NCBI GenBank assembly: GCA_903884505.1
Contig: CAISET010000030.1
Location: 29,701-93,700 of the forward strand
From: an uncultured Candidatus Micrarchaeota archaeon
Lineage (GTDB): Archaea; Micrarchaeota; Micrarchaeia; Burarchaeales; Fermentimicrarchaeaceae
DNA: 64,000 bases
Reading direction: 5' to 3'
Positions 54,364 to 63,829 of the stretch are shown one piece after another. Position 1 is the stretch's first letter; each line of letters opens with the position of its first letter. The position numbers and the translations under genes were made by a program. The notes below the pieces were generated by a model that was not told the origin of the DNA, made no database searches, and saw only the letters and a program-made list of their open reading frames with translations.

Positions 54364-54441
54364 TTCCCGAATAATAAGCTAATCCCTAAGGCGGCGGGCT
54401 GCCTTTTAAATTCTGCCCGCTTAACCTTCTTCGCCTGACTT

Positions 54442-55275
54442 GTGGCCCGGCCGGCGGCGATTTCCGATGGCCGAAGTGCGCAGGATAATGGTGTGTGGCT
54501 GATGGGGAAGATTCCGACTCTGAACTGCAGGCAGTGCGGGGCTGAGATAAAGCTGCCCGAGCAGGCGGGGCAGATAACGTGCCCATACTGCGGGACGCCC
54601 CAGGTCCTCGACACTGGAGGCCTGCTTTTCCACTATTACATGCCCCCGGGTCTGAATGCCGCCGAAGGGAAGAAGGTCCTGATGGAGTGGATGAGCCGCC
54701 CGGACAAGGCTAAGAACCTCAACCTCAAGGCAGGCATCTCGAAGTTTGAGCTCAAGTTCGCGCCAATCTGGCTCTTCAAGTTCGTGCAGGGCGGAAAGGA
54801 GGAGGTCATCCTCGAGACCGCCAACCCCGAGTTGCACTGGTGCCCGCAGAAGCTGCCGCCCGGCGAGCTGAAGTTCTTTGATGAAACGAAGGTGAAGAAC
54901 GCCGTCGAACCGTCAATCAAGGCGGATAACGCGCTGACCAGGATGGAGACAAGGCTCGGCTTCGGGGAGCAGGCAGGGCATGGCGAGGCCGTGGAGAAAG
55001 AGCTCGTCCACTTCCCGATGTACCTCGCCTCCTATGGGTTTGGCGGCACCGAGTATACCGCAGCGGTTGACGCCTCCTCGGGCGAGGTGTTCGCCACGTC
55101 CTTCCCAAGGCGGGGAGAGCACCCCTTCATACTCCTCGGCGCAGGGACGGTCGTGCTGCTTACTATCATCCATTCGCTCACGGTCTTCGGGATTTACGAT
55201 GCCACCTGCACGCTTCTCCCGATAGGGATTCTGCTCACGTTTGCCGCCGCGATGCTGGTGGCGGAGAGGTACTGA
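54442..55275 (+). CDS. Zinc-ribbon protein paralog 1 (C-terminal 2 TM); alternative start 54502
   Basis: 'CRQCGAEI...CPYCGT', 'KFAPIWLFKF', 'VHFPMYLASYGF', TM tail. Confidence 0.55.
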   Translation: MARPAAISDGRSAQDNGVWLMGKIPTLNCRQCGAEIKLPEQAGQITCPYCGTPQVLDTGGLLFHYYMPPGLNAAEGKKVLMEWMSRPDKAKNLNLKAGISKFELKFAPIWLFKFVQGGKEEVILETANPELHWCPQKLPPGELKFFDETKVKNAVEPSIKADNALTRMETRLGFGEQAGHGEAVEKELVHFPMYLASYGFGGTEYTAAVDASSGEVFATSFPRRGEHPFILLGAGTVVLLTIIHSLTVFGIYDATCTLLPIGILLTFAAAMLVAERY

Positions 55276-56231
55276 TGGCAGGAATCACCTCGCTCCTGTG
55301 CCCGTCCTGCGGCGCGCCCCTCCCAATGGAAGAGGGCGACCTGATTGCAGAATGCGCGCATTGCGGAACGAATTCCTATCTAGCGGAGGAGGAAGACTAC
55401 CCGAAGTTCATGGTGCGCAACTGCGTCGGCGCGCAGAGCGCGCGGGAGATTTGCAAGGAGTGGTGGGGCGGGCTTAACAAAGCTAGGGACATCGCAAAGG
55501 TCGCAGCCATAGACGATGTGCGGCTCGTCTACCTGCCGTTCTGGAATGTGAAGAGCAGCATCTTTGCCTGGTTCACCGGCTATACTAGGGGAAGCAAGGG
55601 TGCGATACATCCCCGTGAGGCCGTGACGGCGGACGGGATGAAATGGAACGGGCTCGCATGCAACGCCGGCGACCTGGGAGTTGAGAGCCTGCCGAGCCTC
55701 GAAGGCGATATGGAACCGTTCGACGCATCGAAGCTTGAGCCCTTTGCGATTCCCTACGCGGTGACGGAATCGCTCACGGCTGCCATTTCCGATGCAAGGA
55801 GCGCAATGATGACAAGGGTGCGAAAAGAAATCCAGATGAGCGGCATCTACCAAGAGGAATCGTATATGATTGGGAAGGGAGCAGGCATCGTGTATTACCC
55901 CGTCTGGATAGTTGACTATTCCTACAAGGGCAGACTTTACAAAGTGCTTCTCGATGGCTTCTGGGGCAGGGTGATATTCGCCAAGGCACCGGGCAGCGCG
56001 CTCTACCGCTCGGCGGTATTCACGGGCGCGGCAACAATAGGCACATTCCTGGTTCCACTTGGATTAAAGGCGCTGTCGGTCTGCACTGGAAGGAATTGCG
56101 GAGGAACGCTGGGTATTTCCCTGCTGGGGCTGGGGATATGCCTCGCGGGCTATGCCGCTTTCAGGGCGTTGAGCATAATACAGGATGGGAAGGCGATAGG
56201 CGCCACGGGCATCGAAAAGGTGAGGATATGA
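55275..56231 (+). CDS. Zinc-ribbon protein paralog 2 (C-terminal TMs); start overlaps the paralog-1 stop
   Basis: 'CPSCGAPL...CAHCGT', 'LVYLPFWNVK', 'IVYYPVWIVDYSY', TM tail. Confidence 0.6.
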   Translation: MAGITSLLCPSCGAPLPMEEGDLIAECAHCGTNSYLAEEEDYPKFMVRNCVGAQSAREICKEWWGGLNKARDIAKVAAIDDVRLVYLPFWNVKSSIFAWFTGYTRGSKGAIHPREAVTADGMKWNGLACNAGDLGVESLPSLEGDMEPFDASKLEPFAIPYAVTESLTAAISDARSAMMTRVRKEIQMSGIYQEESYMIGKGAGIVYYPVWIVDYSYKGRLYKVLLDGFWGRVIFAKAPGSALYRSAVFTGAATIGTFLVPLGLKALSVCTGRNCGGTLGISLLGLGICLAGYAAFRALSIIQDGKAIGATGIEKVRI

Positions 56232-56836
56232 AGCTTGTCCCGCTCGTATGCAGAAAGTGCAATGGAAAGTTGAACGGCAAAGGCGCACTTGCCGGGGTAG
56301 TCTGCCCTTCCTGCGGCTCCGCGTACCTGCTTGGGAAGGATGGGCTTGAGCCTGTTCCTGCGAAGTATACTGCGGATTCTGCCCCGGAGGGCGCGGACGT
56401 TGTCTATGTGCCGTTCTGGCGCGAAACTTTCGACTTCAAGATAACCAGTGAGAAATCCTCAGGCATTTTCTCGCCTAACTATGCGGGGCCGCACACCGAG
56501 CCTTACGATATGAAGATTCCGGCGTTCGAGCTGCGCGCGGAGGCGTTGCAGGGGATGGCAGAGGATTCCGTATCCTGGAGCCAGAAGCTGACGGATAAGC
56601 CGCCAGCAGGCGCCAGGTTTGCAAACATCTCGCTTTCCGAGACGGACGCGAGAAAGCTCGCCCAGTTTGTGGCCTGCAGCATCGAGGTCAAAAAGTCGGG
56701 CACAATGCAGGCGCTCTCCTATGAAACGGCCTTCCAGAAGCCGGAACTCGTGTTTCTTCCCTTCCGCTGGAAGGACAAGCAGCTCTTCGACCTGGAGGAC
56801 AGGAGCTGGACTGATGCGGTTTTGTCAATTCCCTGA
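56228..56836 (+). CDS. Zinc-ribbon protein paralog 3 (soluble); ATGA overlap with paralog 2
   Basis: 'CRKCNGKL...CPSCGS', 'VVYVPFWRETFDF', 'LVFLPFRWKDK'. Confidence 0.55.
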   Translation: MKLVPLVCRKCNGKLNGKGALAGVVCPSCGSAYLLGKDGLEPVPAKYTADSAPEGADVVYVPFWRETFDFKITSEKSSGIFSPNYAGPHTEPYDMKIPAFELRAEALQGMAEDSVSWSQKLTDKPPAGARFANISLSETDARKLAQFVACSIEVKKSGTMQALSYETAFQKPELVFLPFRWKDKQLFDLEDRSWTDAVLSIP

Positions 56837-56877
56837 GTAGGCTTTATATCCGGCGCTTCGCAAAGCCTTTTTCAGCG

Positions 56878-56968
56878 GATTGTGACACACTGCCACGCTT
56901 GGACGCGTGGCTGGTGTGCTGCTGCCAGTAAGCGTGGCAGTGTGCGTCCGGCGGTGATTTCTGTGGTT
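56878..56968 (+). repeat. Upstream copy of the duplicated rtcB 5' region (GGATTGTGA...CGTCCGGCGGTGATTTCTGTGGTTGAACTGAA), interrupted by a 60-bp perfect-arm palindrome
   Basis: Matches 58466-58510. Palindrome cacactgccacgctt...aagcgtggcagtgtg at 56888-56947. Confidence 0.6.
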
Positions 56969-57068
56969 GAACTGAAGACTTTGCCCACAGAAAGGCGGTT
57001 TTGAAGCAAACATTTATAATATACAAATTGTTTATTATTGCGTGTTTTCTGAAAGTGTGACGCAGAGG

Positions 57069-57644
57069 ATGTTGAAGGCTGTCGAGGGCTCCCCATCAGG
57101 GATTGCCCGGCTCGACGTCTTGGAGAGCCTGGGCTTGTGCAGCCCTGCCACCCTGAAGATAACATTGAGCAGGCTCGGAAGGAGCGGGAGGATTATCCGG
57201 CTGAAGCGGGGTGTGTACTCTGCAAGCCCCATCCGTGACGCATTCGCCTCCGCGCAGGCGGTTTTCAACGGGTACGTCGGCTTTTCGGCCGCCCTCTACC
57301 TGCATAGGCTCATAAGCGAGGTGCCCTTCACTGTGGCCGTGGTCACGGGGAGGAAGTCAGGCGTGAAGCGCATCGGGAACTACGAATTCAGGGCAGTTGC
57401 CCTGGGCGGCAAGGCAGTTGGCTTTGAACGGAACGGGCCATACGTGGTATCGACCCGCGCGAAGACGTTGTTTGACTGCCTTTACCTGCCTAAATATTCG
57501 GTCGAGCAGGAGAAGCTTGTCGCGGCATTTCGGGAAGCGCGCCTTGGGGCGGAAGAGCGGCGCGAGTTCACGGGCTATGTGAAAAAGTTCGCCTCGGGGA
57601 AGACCCGCGCAAAGATGCTGAAGGCAGCAAAGCTGTTGTGGTGA
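57069..57644 (+). CDS. abiEi: AbiEi-like antitoxin / transcriptional regulator (type IV toxin-antitoxin)
   Basis: N-terminal wHTH, C-terminal AbiEi_4-like region. Alternative GTG start at 57042. AT-rich promoter catttataatatac upstream. Confidence 0.55.
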   Translation: MLKAVEGSPSGIARLDVLESLGLCSPATLKITLSRLGRSGRIIRLKRGVYSASPIRDAFASAQAVFNGYVGFSAALYLHRLISEVPFTVAVVTGRKSGVKRIGNYEFRAVALGGKAVGFERNGPYVVSTRAKTLFDCLYLPKYSVEQEKLVAAFREARLGAEERREFTGYVKKFASGKTRAKMLKAAKLLW

Positions 57645-57648
57645 TGGA

Positions 57649-58434
57649 ATGGTTGAAATCAATCTGGAGGCTTGCAGGGTGTTGGCAATACAGCACGGGC
57701 TCCCGCTGCAATTCCTTGTGAAGGAGTTCTGCGTGTTCGATGTGCTGGGCCAGGTTGTGATGTTCACGGCTCCGTCGAAACGCCTCATCTTCAAGGGTGG
57801 CACCGCGCTGAACAAAGTCTACCTGGGCGGCATGCAGCGGTTCTCCGAGGACCTGGACTTCGATTTTGATACTGAGAATATAAGCGAAGCCCGTGCGGAA
57901 GCGCAGCGAATCTCCGAGCACATCGAAGGGTATCGCATCTCGGATTTCAGAACGGTCAGGCGAACGGTGCAGTTCGATTGCGAGTATGACAGCCCGCTGG
58001 GCGGAAAGGACCACGTGCGGATTGATGTGGCTGCGAAGAGAATAATTACGGAAAAGCCTCCGCTGGTAAAGCCAGCCGTTTCTGCCTACACGCAGCGTTT
58101 CGTAACCGGATTTTACGTGTATGCTCTCGAAGACTTGGTTGCGAGGAAGCTTCACGCGCTCCAGACCCGGGGCGAAGGGAAAGACATCTATGATGCTTCC
58201 AATGCCCTTCCGCTGTGCGGCAAGATGGAGCACGCGCTCCAGAAGATGCTGGAATCGGAAAAGCGGCCGGACACTCCGACTGAGTTCATTAGAACGACCA
58301 TCAAGAAGGTTCAAGCGGCAGACCCTAAGAGGCTCCGCAACCTGGCAAACCCTTTCATCCCTGCGGGCAACCGCCCGAAGGACTGGCTCGAACTGAAAAA
58401 TGACCTCCTGCTTAGGCTCGAAAAGCTGGTATAG
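57649..58434 (+). CDS. abiEii: AbiEii-like nucleotidyltransferase toxin (DUF1814)
   Basis: 'FKGGTALNKVYL...QRFSEDLDFDF' NTase signature. 4-nt spacing from abiEi. Confidence 0.65.
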   Translation: MVEINLEACRVLAIQHGLPLQFLVKEFCVFDVLGQVVMFTAPSKRLIFKGGTALNKVYLGGMQRFSEDLDFDFDTENISEARAEAQRISEHIEGYRISDFRTVRRTVQFDCEYDSPLGGKDHVRIDVAAKRIITEKPPLVKPAVSAYTQRFVTGFYVYALEDLVARKLHALQTRGEGKDIYDASNALPLCGKMEHALQKMLESEKRPDTPTEFIRTTIKKVQAADPKRLRNLANPFIPAGNRPKDWLELKNDLLLRLEKLV

Positions 58435-58487
58435 GTTATTAATCCTCACTTCCAAACCTCTTTCGCCTGGATTGTGAACGTCCGGCG

Positions 58488-59930
58488 GTGATTTCTGTGG
58501 TTGAACTGAAAGCTCTTGGGCCTGCGAAGTGGGAGATTCCCCACGAGGGCAAGATTCCTGTCTGGCTTTACGCGAACAAGCAGCTAGCGGAGAACATGGG
58601 GAGGGACCGGACGCTCTGGCAGGCGCAGAACGTGGCGAAGCTGCCGGGAATCATAAAGGCAAGCGAAGTGATGCCGGACGGGCACGAGGGGTATGGCTTT
58701 CCGATTGGAGGGGTAGCCGCCTTTGACATGGAAGAGGGAATCATCTCGCCCGGCGGAGTCGGTTATGACATCAACTGCGGAGTTAGGATGATTCTGACGA
58801 ATCTGACTGCCGCAGATGTAAAACCGAAAATCGGAGAGCTGATGAGCAAGCTTTTCCAGAATATTCCTTCCGGGGTCGGAAGCAAGGGGAGAATCAGGCT
58901 TACAAGGGAGGAGCTGGCTGCGCCGCTCATGGAAGGCGCGCAGTGGGCAATTGAGAAAGGGTACGGATGGAAGGAGGATTCGGAGAGAATTGAAGAGAAC
59001 GGAAGGATGGAGGGCGCGGACCCGGCCAAATGCTCGGATATGGCGATGAAAAGGGGAGCGCCGCAGTTCGGAACTCTGGGAGCGGGAAACCACTTCCTTG
59101 AAGTGCAGAAGGTGACCGAGATTCTGGACGAGAAGGTGGCGAAGGCGTTCGGAATCACGGCGAAGGACCAAGTCGTGGTGATGCTGCATTGCGGAAGCAG
59201 GGGATTCGGGCACCAGGTCTGCGACGACTATATCCGCGTGATGCTGCAGGCTTCCGAGAAGTATGGCATCCCGCTTCCTGACAAGGAGCTATGCTGCGCG
59301 CCTATCAATTCCAAGGAGGCGCAAGATTATGTGGGCGCCATGTACGCGGCAGTGAACTATGCCTTCTGCAACAGGCAGGTCATGACGCACTGGATTAGGG
59401 AGACGTTCCAGGACGTGTTCAAGAAGGCGCCGGATGCGCTCGGGATGCATGTTGTTTACGACGTCTGCCACAATATTGCGAAATTCGAGGAGCACAAGGT
59501 TGATGGCGGAGTGAAGAAGGTCTGCGTGCACAGGAAGGGCGCGACAAGGGCTTTTGCAGCGGGAAGGAAGGAGATTCCGCAAATCTACCGCAGCGTTGGG
59601 CAGCCGGTCATCATCCCAGGAAGCATGGGGACTGCAAGCTATCTTCTCGTGGGAACCGAGGGAGCGATGGTGGAAAGCTGGGGAAGCACGTGCCACGGCG
59701 CGGGAAGGACGATGAGCAGGCATGAGGCAATCCGGAGATACCCTGCGCAGATGGTTGAGGGCGAACTGGAGAAGAAGGGAATCGTTCTCAGGGCGACTGG
59801 GAAGGAGATTATTTCCGAGGAGGCGAGCGGCGCATACAAGGACGTTTCCGCAGTCGTCTCCAGCGTGCAGGAGGCAGGCCTTTCAAGGATAGTCGCAAGG
59901 GTCGAGCCGATGGGAGTCGCGAAGGGATAA
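58488..59930 (+). CDS. rtcB: RNA-splicing ligase RtcB
   Basis: 480 aa with 'GYDINCGVRM', 'GAGNHFLEVQ', 'HCGSRGFGHQV', 'STCHGAGR'. Confidence 0.9.
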   Translation: MISVVELKALGPAKWEIPHEGKIPVWLYANKQLAENMGRDRTLWQAQNVAKLPGIIKASEVMPDGHEGYGFPIGGVAAFDMEEGIISPGGVGYDINCGVRMILTNLTAADVKPKIGELMSKLFQNIPSGVGSKGRIRLTREELAAPLMEGAQWAIEKGYGWKEDSERIEENGRMEGADPAKCSDMAMKRGAPQFGTLGAGNHFLEVQKVTEILDEKVAKAFGITAKDQVVVMLHCGSRGFGHQVCDDYIRVMLQASEKYGIPLPDKELCCAPINSKEAQDYVGAMYAAVNYAFCNRQVMTHWIRETFQDVFKKAPDALGMHVVYDVCHNIAKFEEHKVDGGVKKVCVHRKGATRAFAAGRKEIPQIYRSVGQPVIIPGSMGTASYLLVGTEGAMVESWGSTCHGAGRTMSRHEAIRRYPAQMVEGELEKKGIVLRATGKEIISEEASGAYKDVSAVVSSVQEAGLSRIVARVEPMGVAKG

Positions 59931-60185
59931 TCACTTGCCTTTTTCGCCTTTCCGTGGTTCCTTTTTGCCCTGTTCTGCAACGTAGTCTTCGAACTTTATG
60001 AGTGGCGGCGGAAAGGGTGGGCTATCAGCTGTCTTGTCGCCGCCTTTCCTTTTCTCGGCTGCCATGAAAACCACCCGGCAGGATTATGCGGCTCGCCCTA
60101 TAAAAGGGTGGGCGAGGCGGCAGCTCAGCTCAAGTCGGAATGGAAAATGAAAAAAGGAACAAAAAGAAAGGAGAATCGGTGCCGC

Positions 60186-60908
60186 TCAGGATGAGTATGT
60201 CACCAATTCCATGGTCGCGTTCGCTGCGGTCATCTTGACCGGCACGCTTATTGACGGAGCAACCCACACATCAGACGTGTAGCTGCCGTCCGCACCGACC
60301 ATATGGTACCTGACCGCAGGCCCGCTGTATGCCGGAACGCTGACTTGTTCGGTCCCAATGGTCGTTATGGTCGGGTTCGCGCCGCCCCCTCCGCCTCCCT
60401 GCGCAGCGCTCGGGCATTGCCCGGGTATCGTCTGCCCTGCATATACTGACTCAACCTTCACGCAGCTGCAGCCGACTCTCGCGTTCCATGTGTGCGTGAC
60501 CATCTGCACCCCACCCGTGCTTAGGGTCACGGTTTGGAGCACGGTGGCAACACCGCTCACCATCCCGCCGTCGCTGGTCGCATACTGCATGTCCATCGCG
60601 GTCCCCTGCACCGTTGTGCGGTAGGTGTAGCTCAGGCCTGCCCTGTCGCAGCCCGTCAAGCTCGCCCAGGTCGCATTGCTTCCCGGCGTGGGCGTGGCAG
60701 CCGCTGCAGTCCCTGTTGGCGCAGGCGTTGGCGTCGCGCTCGCTGCCGGAGTCGCAGTCGGCACCGGCGTCGCTGTGCTCACTGGCGTTGGCGTCTGCAC
60801 TGGTGTCGCAGTCGGCACAGGAGTCGGCGTAGCTACGCCTCCTCCGCTTATGCATCCGAAGAGCACGGCAGCCGCTATCAGCAGCACGATTATTCCTGTC
60901 AATCTCAC
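60186..60908 (-). CDS. Putative lipoprotein with PT-rich linker
   Basis: 'MRLTGIIVLLIAAAVLFGCISGGG', followed by a TPTPVPTATPV linker. Confidence 0.5.
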   Translation of the reverse strand: MRLTGIIVLLIAAAVLFGCISGGGVATPTPVPTATPVQTPTPVSTATPVPTATPAASATPTPAPTGTAAAATPTPGSNATWASLTGCDRAGLSYTYRTTVQGTAMDMQYATSDGGMVSGVATVLQTVTLSTGGVQMVTHTWNARVGCSCVKVESVYAGQTIPGQCPSAAQGGGGGGANPTITTIGTEQVSVPAYSGPAVRYHMVGADGSYTSDVWVAPSISVPVKMTAANATMELVTYSS

Positions 60909-61015
60909 TTAACCACCTCGCTATTCCTTCTTTTTCGCCTATTCTTATAAAGATGAGCCATCAAGCTGCCGGCGGGATGCTGGGCCCGGCAAAACTTTAA
61001 TTAACCGCGTGGCAA

Positions 61016-61321
61016 ATGTCTTTGGAGGCTGAGACTATGGTTTGCTATGCAGTTCCGCTGGTTGGCGCAATCATCTGCTCCGTGTGGAGGGCGCACGGGC
61101 ACGAGAAGAGGCCGAAGTACCTCTGGCTGAACCTTATGCTCATGGGCGGCGCGATTTTCGGCGTTGTCGACCACATCTGGAACGGGGAGCTCCTTCTCAT
61201 CGGGCCCAACATAGTATCGGATTTGGCCCTGGGTGTTGTGATAACCATAGCTATAGTCGCCACCTGGGCGGTTGTGGCAAGGATGAGTGCGGTTGTTCCG
61301 CGGCCAGCTGAAGCGGCTTGA
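61016..61321 (+). CDS. Small membrane protein (2 TM)
   Basis: 101 aa with two hydrophobic helices. Confidence 0.35.
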   Translation: MSLEAETMVCYAVPLVGAIICSVWRAHGHEKRPKYLWLNLMLMGGAIFGVVDHIWNGELLLIGPNIVSDLALGVVITIAIVATWAVVARMSAVVPRPAEAA

Positions 61322-61602
61322 GGCGTGCCCCGATGACCTGCTGGCTCCGCTACCTCCAAAGGGTTGCGGATGGGCTGAAGCCTCTTGAGCCGAACCTCGC
61401 AAATAGGAAGCGCCTGGGGATAGAGATTCTGAAGAACCTTGAGCGGGAGAAGGGCCACGATGTTGTGAAGATAGGGAAGGCATTAGACGAGCTGGGAGAG
61501 GAAGGCCTGCTGAAGCGGGGCGAGGCAAAGCTCGGGAAGAAGAAAAGGCGGCGCACGTGGATTGCTGAAGGCGAGAAGGAAGAGGCAACCGCCCAGGAGT
61601 GA
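61318..61602 (+). CDS. Small basic hypothetical protein
   Basis: 94 aa. Overlapping starts/stops link it to the neighbouring genes. Confidence 0.35.
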   Translation: MRRAPMTCWLRYLQRVADGLKPLEPNLANRKRLGIEILKNLEREKGHDVVKIGKALDELGEEGLLKRGEAKLGKKKRRRTWIAEGEKEEATAQE

Positions 61603-62462
61603 AGGTTATGCCGGAACTAGATGCCACTTCGCTTCTCCTCAATGGATTCTCAAAAGTGATGCTTCAGGAAAACCGCATCACAGGTCTCCTTTTCCTTATC
61701 GGAATAGGCATTAACTCGCTCCCGCTTCTAGGGTTCGCAATCCTCGGCCTGCTGGCCGGCACAATATTCGCGGTGCTTGCGGGCTATGGCAGAAGGCAAA
61801 TCAACGCAGGAACGTATGGGTATAATGGCGTGCTCGTGGGCATAGCCTGCGGCCTGTTCATCACAAACATGCCCGCAGCCGCACTGCTCACAATCTTCTT
61901 CGGAGCGCTATCGTCCTTGATTACCAGATTATGGCCGGGATACGGGCTGCCTGCTTTGACTGCGCCTTTCTGCATCATGGGCCTGACCGCCTATTGCATC
62001 TCCCTGCTCTTCGGCCTTGCCAACCCAGGCGGCGCGGGCATTGCGGCGAGCCAGCTGGACCCTGCAGCAATCCTGTTCAAGGGAATCGCCCAAGTGATGT
62101 TCCAGAACAACATTGCGACAGGCATTCTCTTCTCCCTGGGCCTCGCCGCAAACGGTATTCCAGTTTTGTATGCGATTCTGGGTTCCGCCATCGGTTCCCT
62201 TGTCGCGAGTCCATTCATAGATGCGGGAACGCTCAATGCGGGGACATACGGATTCAACGGAGCGCTCTGCGGAATCGCGCTTGGAAGCGGGGAGGGCAAA
62301 ACTCCGGTGCGCAAGGCAGTAGCGGTTCTGGGTGCGGTCGCATTCTCCTCTGTTCTCTCCTATCTTTTCATTCAGGGCAGCATTCCGCCGCTCACGATGC
62401 CTTTCGTGATTTCGACCTGGGCTTTTCTGCCCCTGAAGAGTGGGAAGCGGAAAACGAAGTGA
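61599..62462 (+). CDS. Urea transporter (UT family)
   Basis: Duplicated 'NAGTYG(Y/F)NG(V/A)L(V/C)GIA' motifs. Confidence 0.7.
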   Translation: MKVMPELDATSLLLNGFSKVMLQENRITGLLFLIGIGINSLPLLGFAILGLLAGTIFAVLAGYGRRQINAGTYGYNGVLVGIACGLFITNMPAAALLTIFFGALSSLITRLWPGYGLPALTAPFCIMGLTAYCISLLFGLANPGGAGIAASQLDPAAILFKGIAQVMFQNNIATGILFSLGLAANGIPVLYAILGSAIGSLVASPFIDAGTLNAGTYGFNGALCGIALGSGEGKTPVRKAVAVLGAVAFSSVLSYLFIQGSIPPLTMPFVISTWAFLPLKSGKRKTK

Positions 62463-62466
62463 AACC

Positions 62467-62949
62467 ATGCCGACCATCGGACACGCAATCTTCCCGTTTC
62501 TCACCTTCCGCAGGCAGAAGATGGAGCTTTTCGGCTGGGGGATTCTCATCTTCTTCTCGCTCCTTCCTGATATAGACGTGATAATAGGCTTCCTGGCGAC
62601 CGGCAATCTCTTCGGCTTCCACAGGATGCTCACGCACTCGTTCCTCTTCATCCTCTTCTTTGCAGCCATATACGTTTTCATCAAGCGCATCGAGGTTGTC
62701 CTCGCATTCATCGGCGTTTCCGGCCACATCTTCCTCGATTCGCTGGACACGCACGGCGTGCCGTTCCTCTGGCCGTTCTCCCAGAAATTTTACGGCCTTG
62801 GCCTGTGGTCATCCTCCGACCTGCGCAACCTGAATCCCGAGGGGCTGCTCAATCCGGCGAACTTCGTTCCTGACAAGATTCTACTCGCTTTATTAATTCT
62901 GTGGCTCATCTACTACTTCGGCTCAAGGTGGTACAATGGCAAGCGTTGA
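62467..62949 (+). CDS. Membrane-bound metal-dependent hydrolase-like protein (DUF457), second paralog
   Basis: 'LLPDIDVIIGF' and 'HIFLDSLDTHG'. Confidence 0.5.
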   Translation: MPTIGHAIFPFLTFRRQKMELFGWGILIFFSLLPDIDVIIGFLATGNLFGFHRMLTHSFLFILFFAAIYVFIKRIEVVLAFIGVSGHIFLDSLDTHGVPFLWPFSQKFYGLGLWSSSDLRNLNPEGLLNPANFVPDKILLALLILWLIYYFGSRWYNGKR

Positions 62950-63829
62950 TTGGATTTACACGAAGCGGACTATTCTGATTCTGGCCATAGTGCTTGCTAT
63001 TGTTTCAGTTTCTATCTACGTGTATGGGACGACAACTAAATACTACTGGAATTACCCATCCATATCGCTTGGCGTATTTTTCGGTGGCATGATCGTCTTC
63101 CTCATATTCATCTGGCTTCCTGGGAGGGCAAGGCATAGAACGGAGTCGCTCGCTAAATCACTAGGTGGAACTTTTGTGAAAACGGGAGACGAGGAGCTTG
63201 TTTCCGTGGTTTTCAATGGTTTAGATATTGAGGCGGGCTTCTCACAATCGCTGCGCAGGGAAACCACGCCGAGCGGGCACACTTACCGCTTTGCCGCAAG
63301 CCCCAGATCTCCTTCGAATATGCCCCCTATCGTAATTATTATCCCGGGAAGGCCACCGAACGCAAGGTATACGGCGAAACTTTACTTCCAAAGGACATTT
63401 GTTGATACGGGAGCATTCAATCTCCATGTCAGAAAGAGGTCGGGTGCGCTGGACAAATTCCAGGCGCTAATCCAATCTTCCCCCAAAGTCGATCCGACGC
63501 CGGAAGTCTCGAAGGAGGAACTCCAGCAGAAATTTACGGATGAGTTCAGAACCGGCGATACGGAATTTGACAATGAATTCCAGGTGTTTGTAACCGATCA
63601 GCGCAAGGCATCCGAAATGCTCGATTTTGAGGTGAGGCGGAAAATCCTGGAATTCAGCCACAGCCTTGGGGTTGCCGGGCTCAGGGAGATTATGATAGAT
63701 TTCGGACAGGTGTATTTTGATGCCTCTGAGCCAAGGGCAATTACAAATGCCGCTGATCCGAACCGCGCACGCAACGGCATGGCGTTATTGTCACTTCTCG
63801 CAGAGCGCCTAAGGAGGTCGATGAAGTGA
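62936..63829 (+). CDS. Hypothetical membrane-anchored protein
   Basis: Two N-terminal TM helices, then a soluble domain. Confidence 0.4.
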   Translation: MASVDWIYTKRTILILAIVLAIVSVSIYVYGTTTKYYWNYPSISLGVFFGGMIVFLIFIWLPGRARHRTESLAKSLGGTFVKTGDEELVSVVFNGLDIEAGFSQSLRRETTPSGHTYRFAASPRSPSNMPPIVIIIPGRPPNARYTAKLYFQRTFVDTGAFNLHVRKRSGALDKFQALIQSSPKVDPTPEVSKEELQQKFTDEFRTGDTEFDNEFQVFVTDQRKASEMLDFEVRRKILEFSHSLGVAGLREIMIDFGQVYFDASEPRAITNAADPNRARNGMALLSLLAERLRRSMK

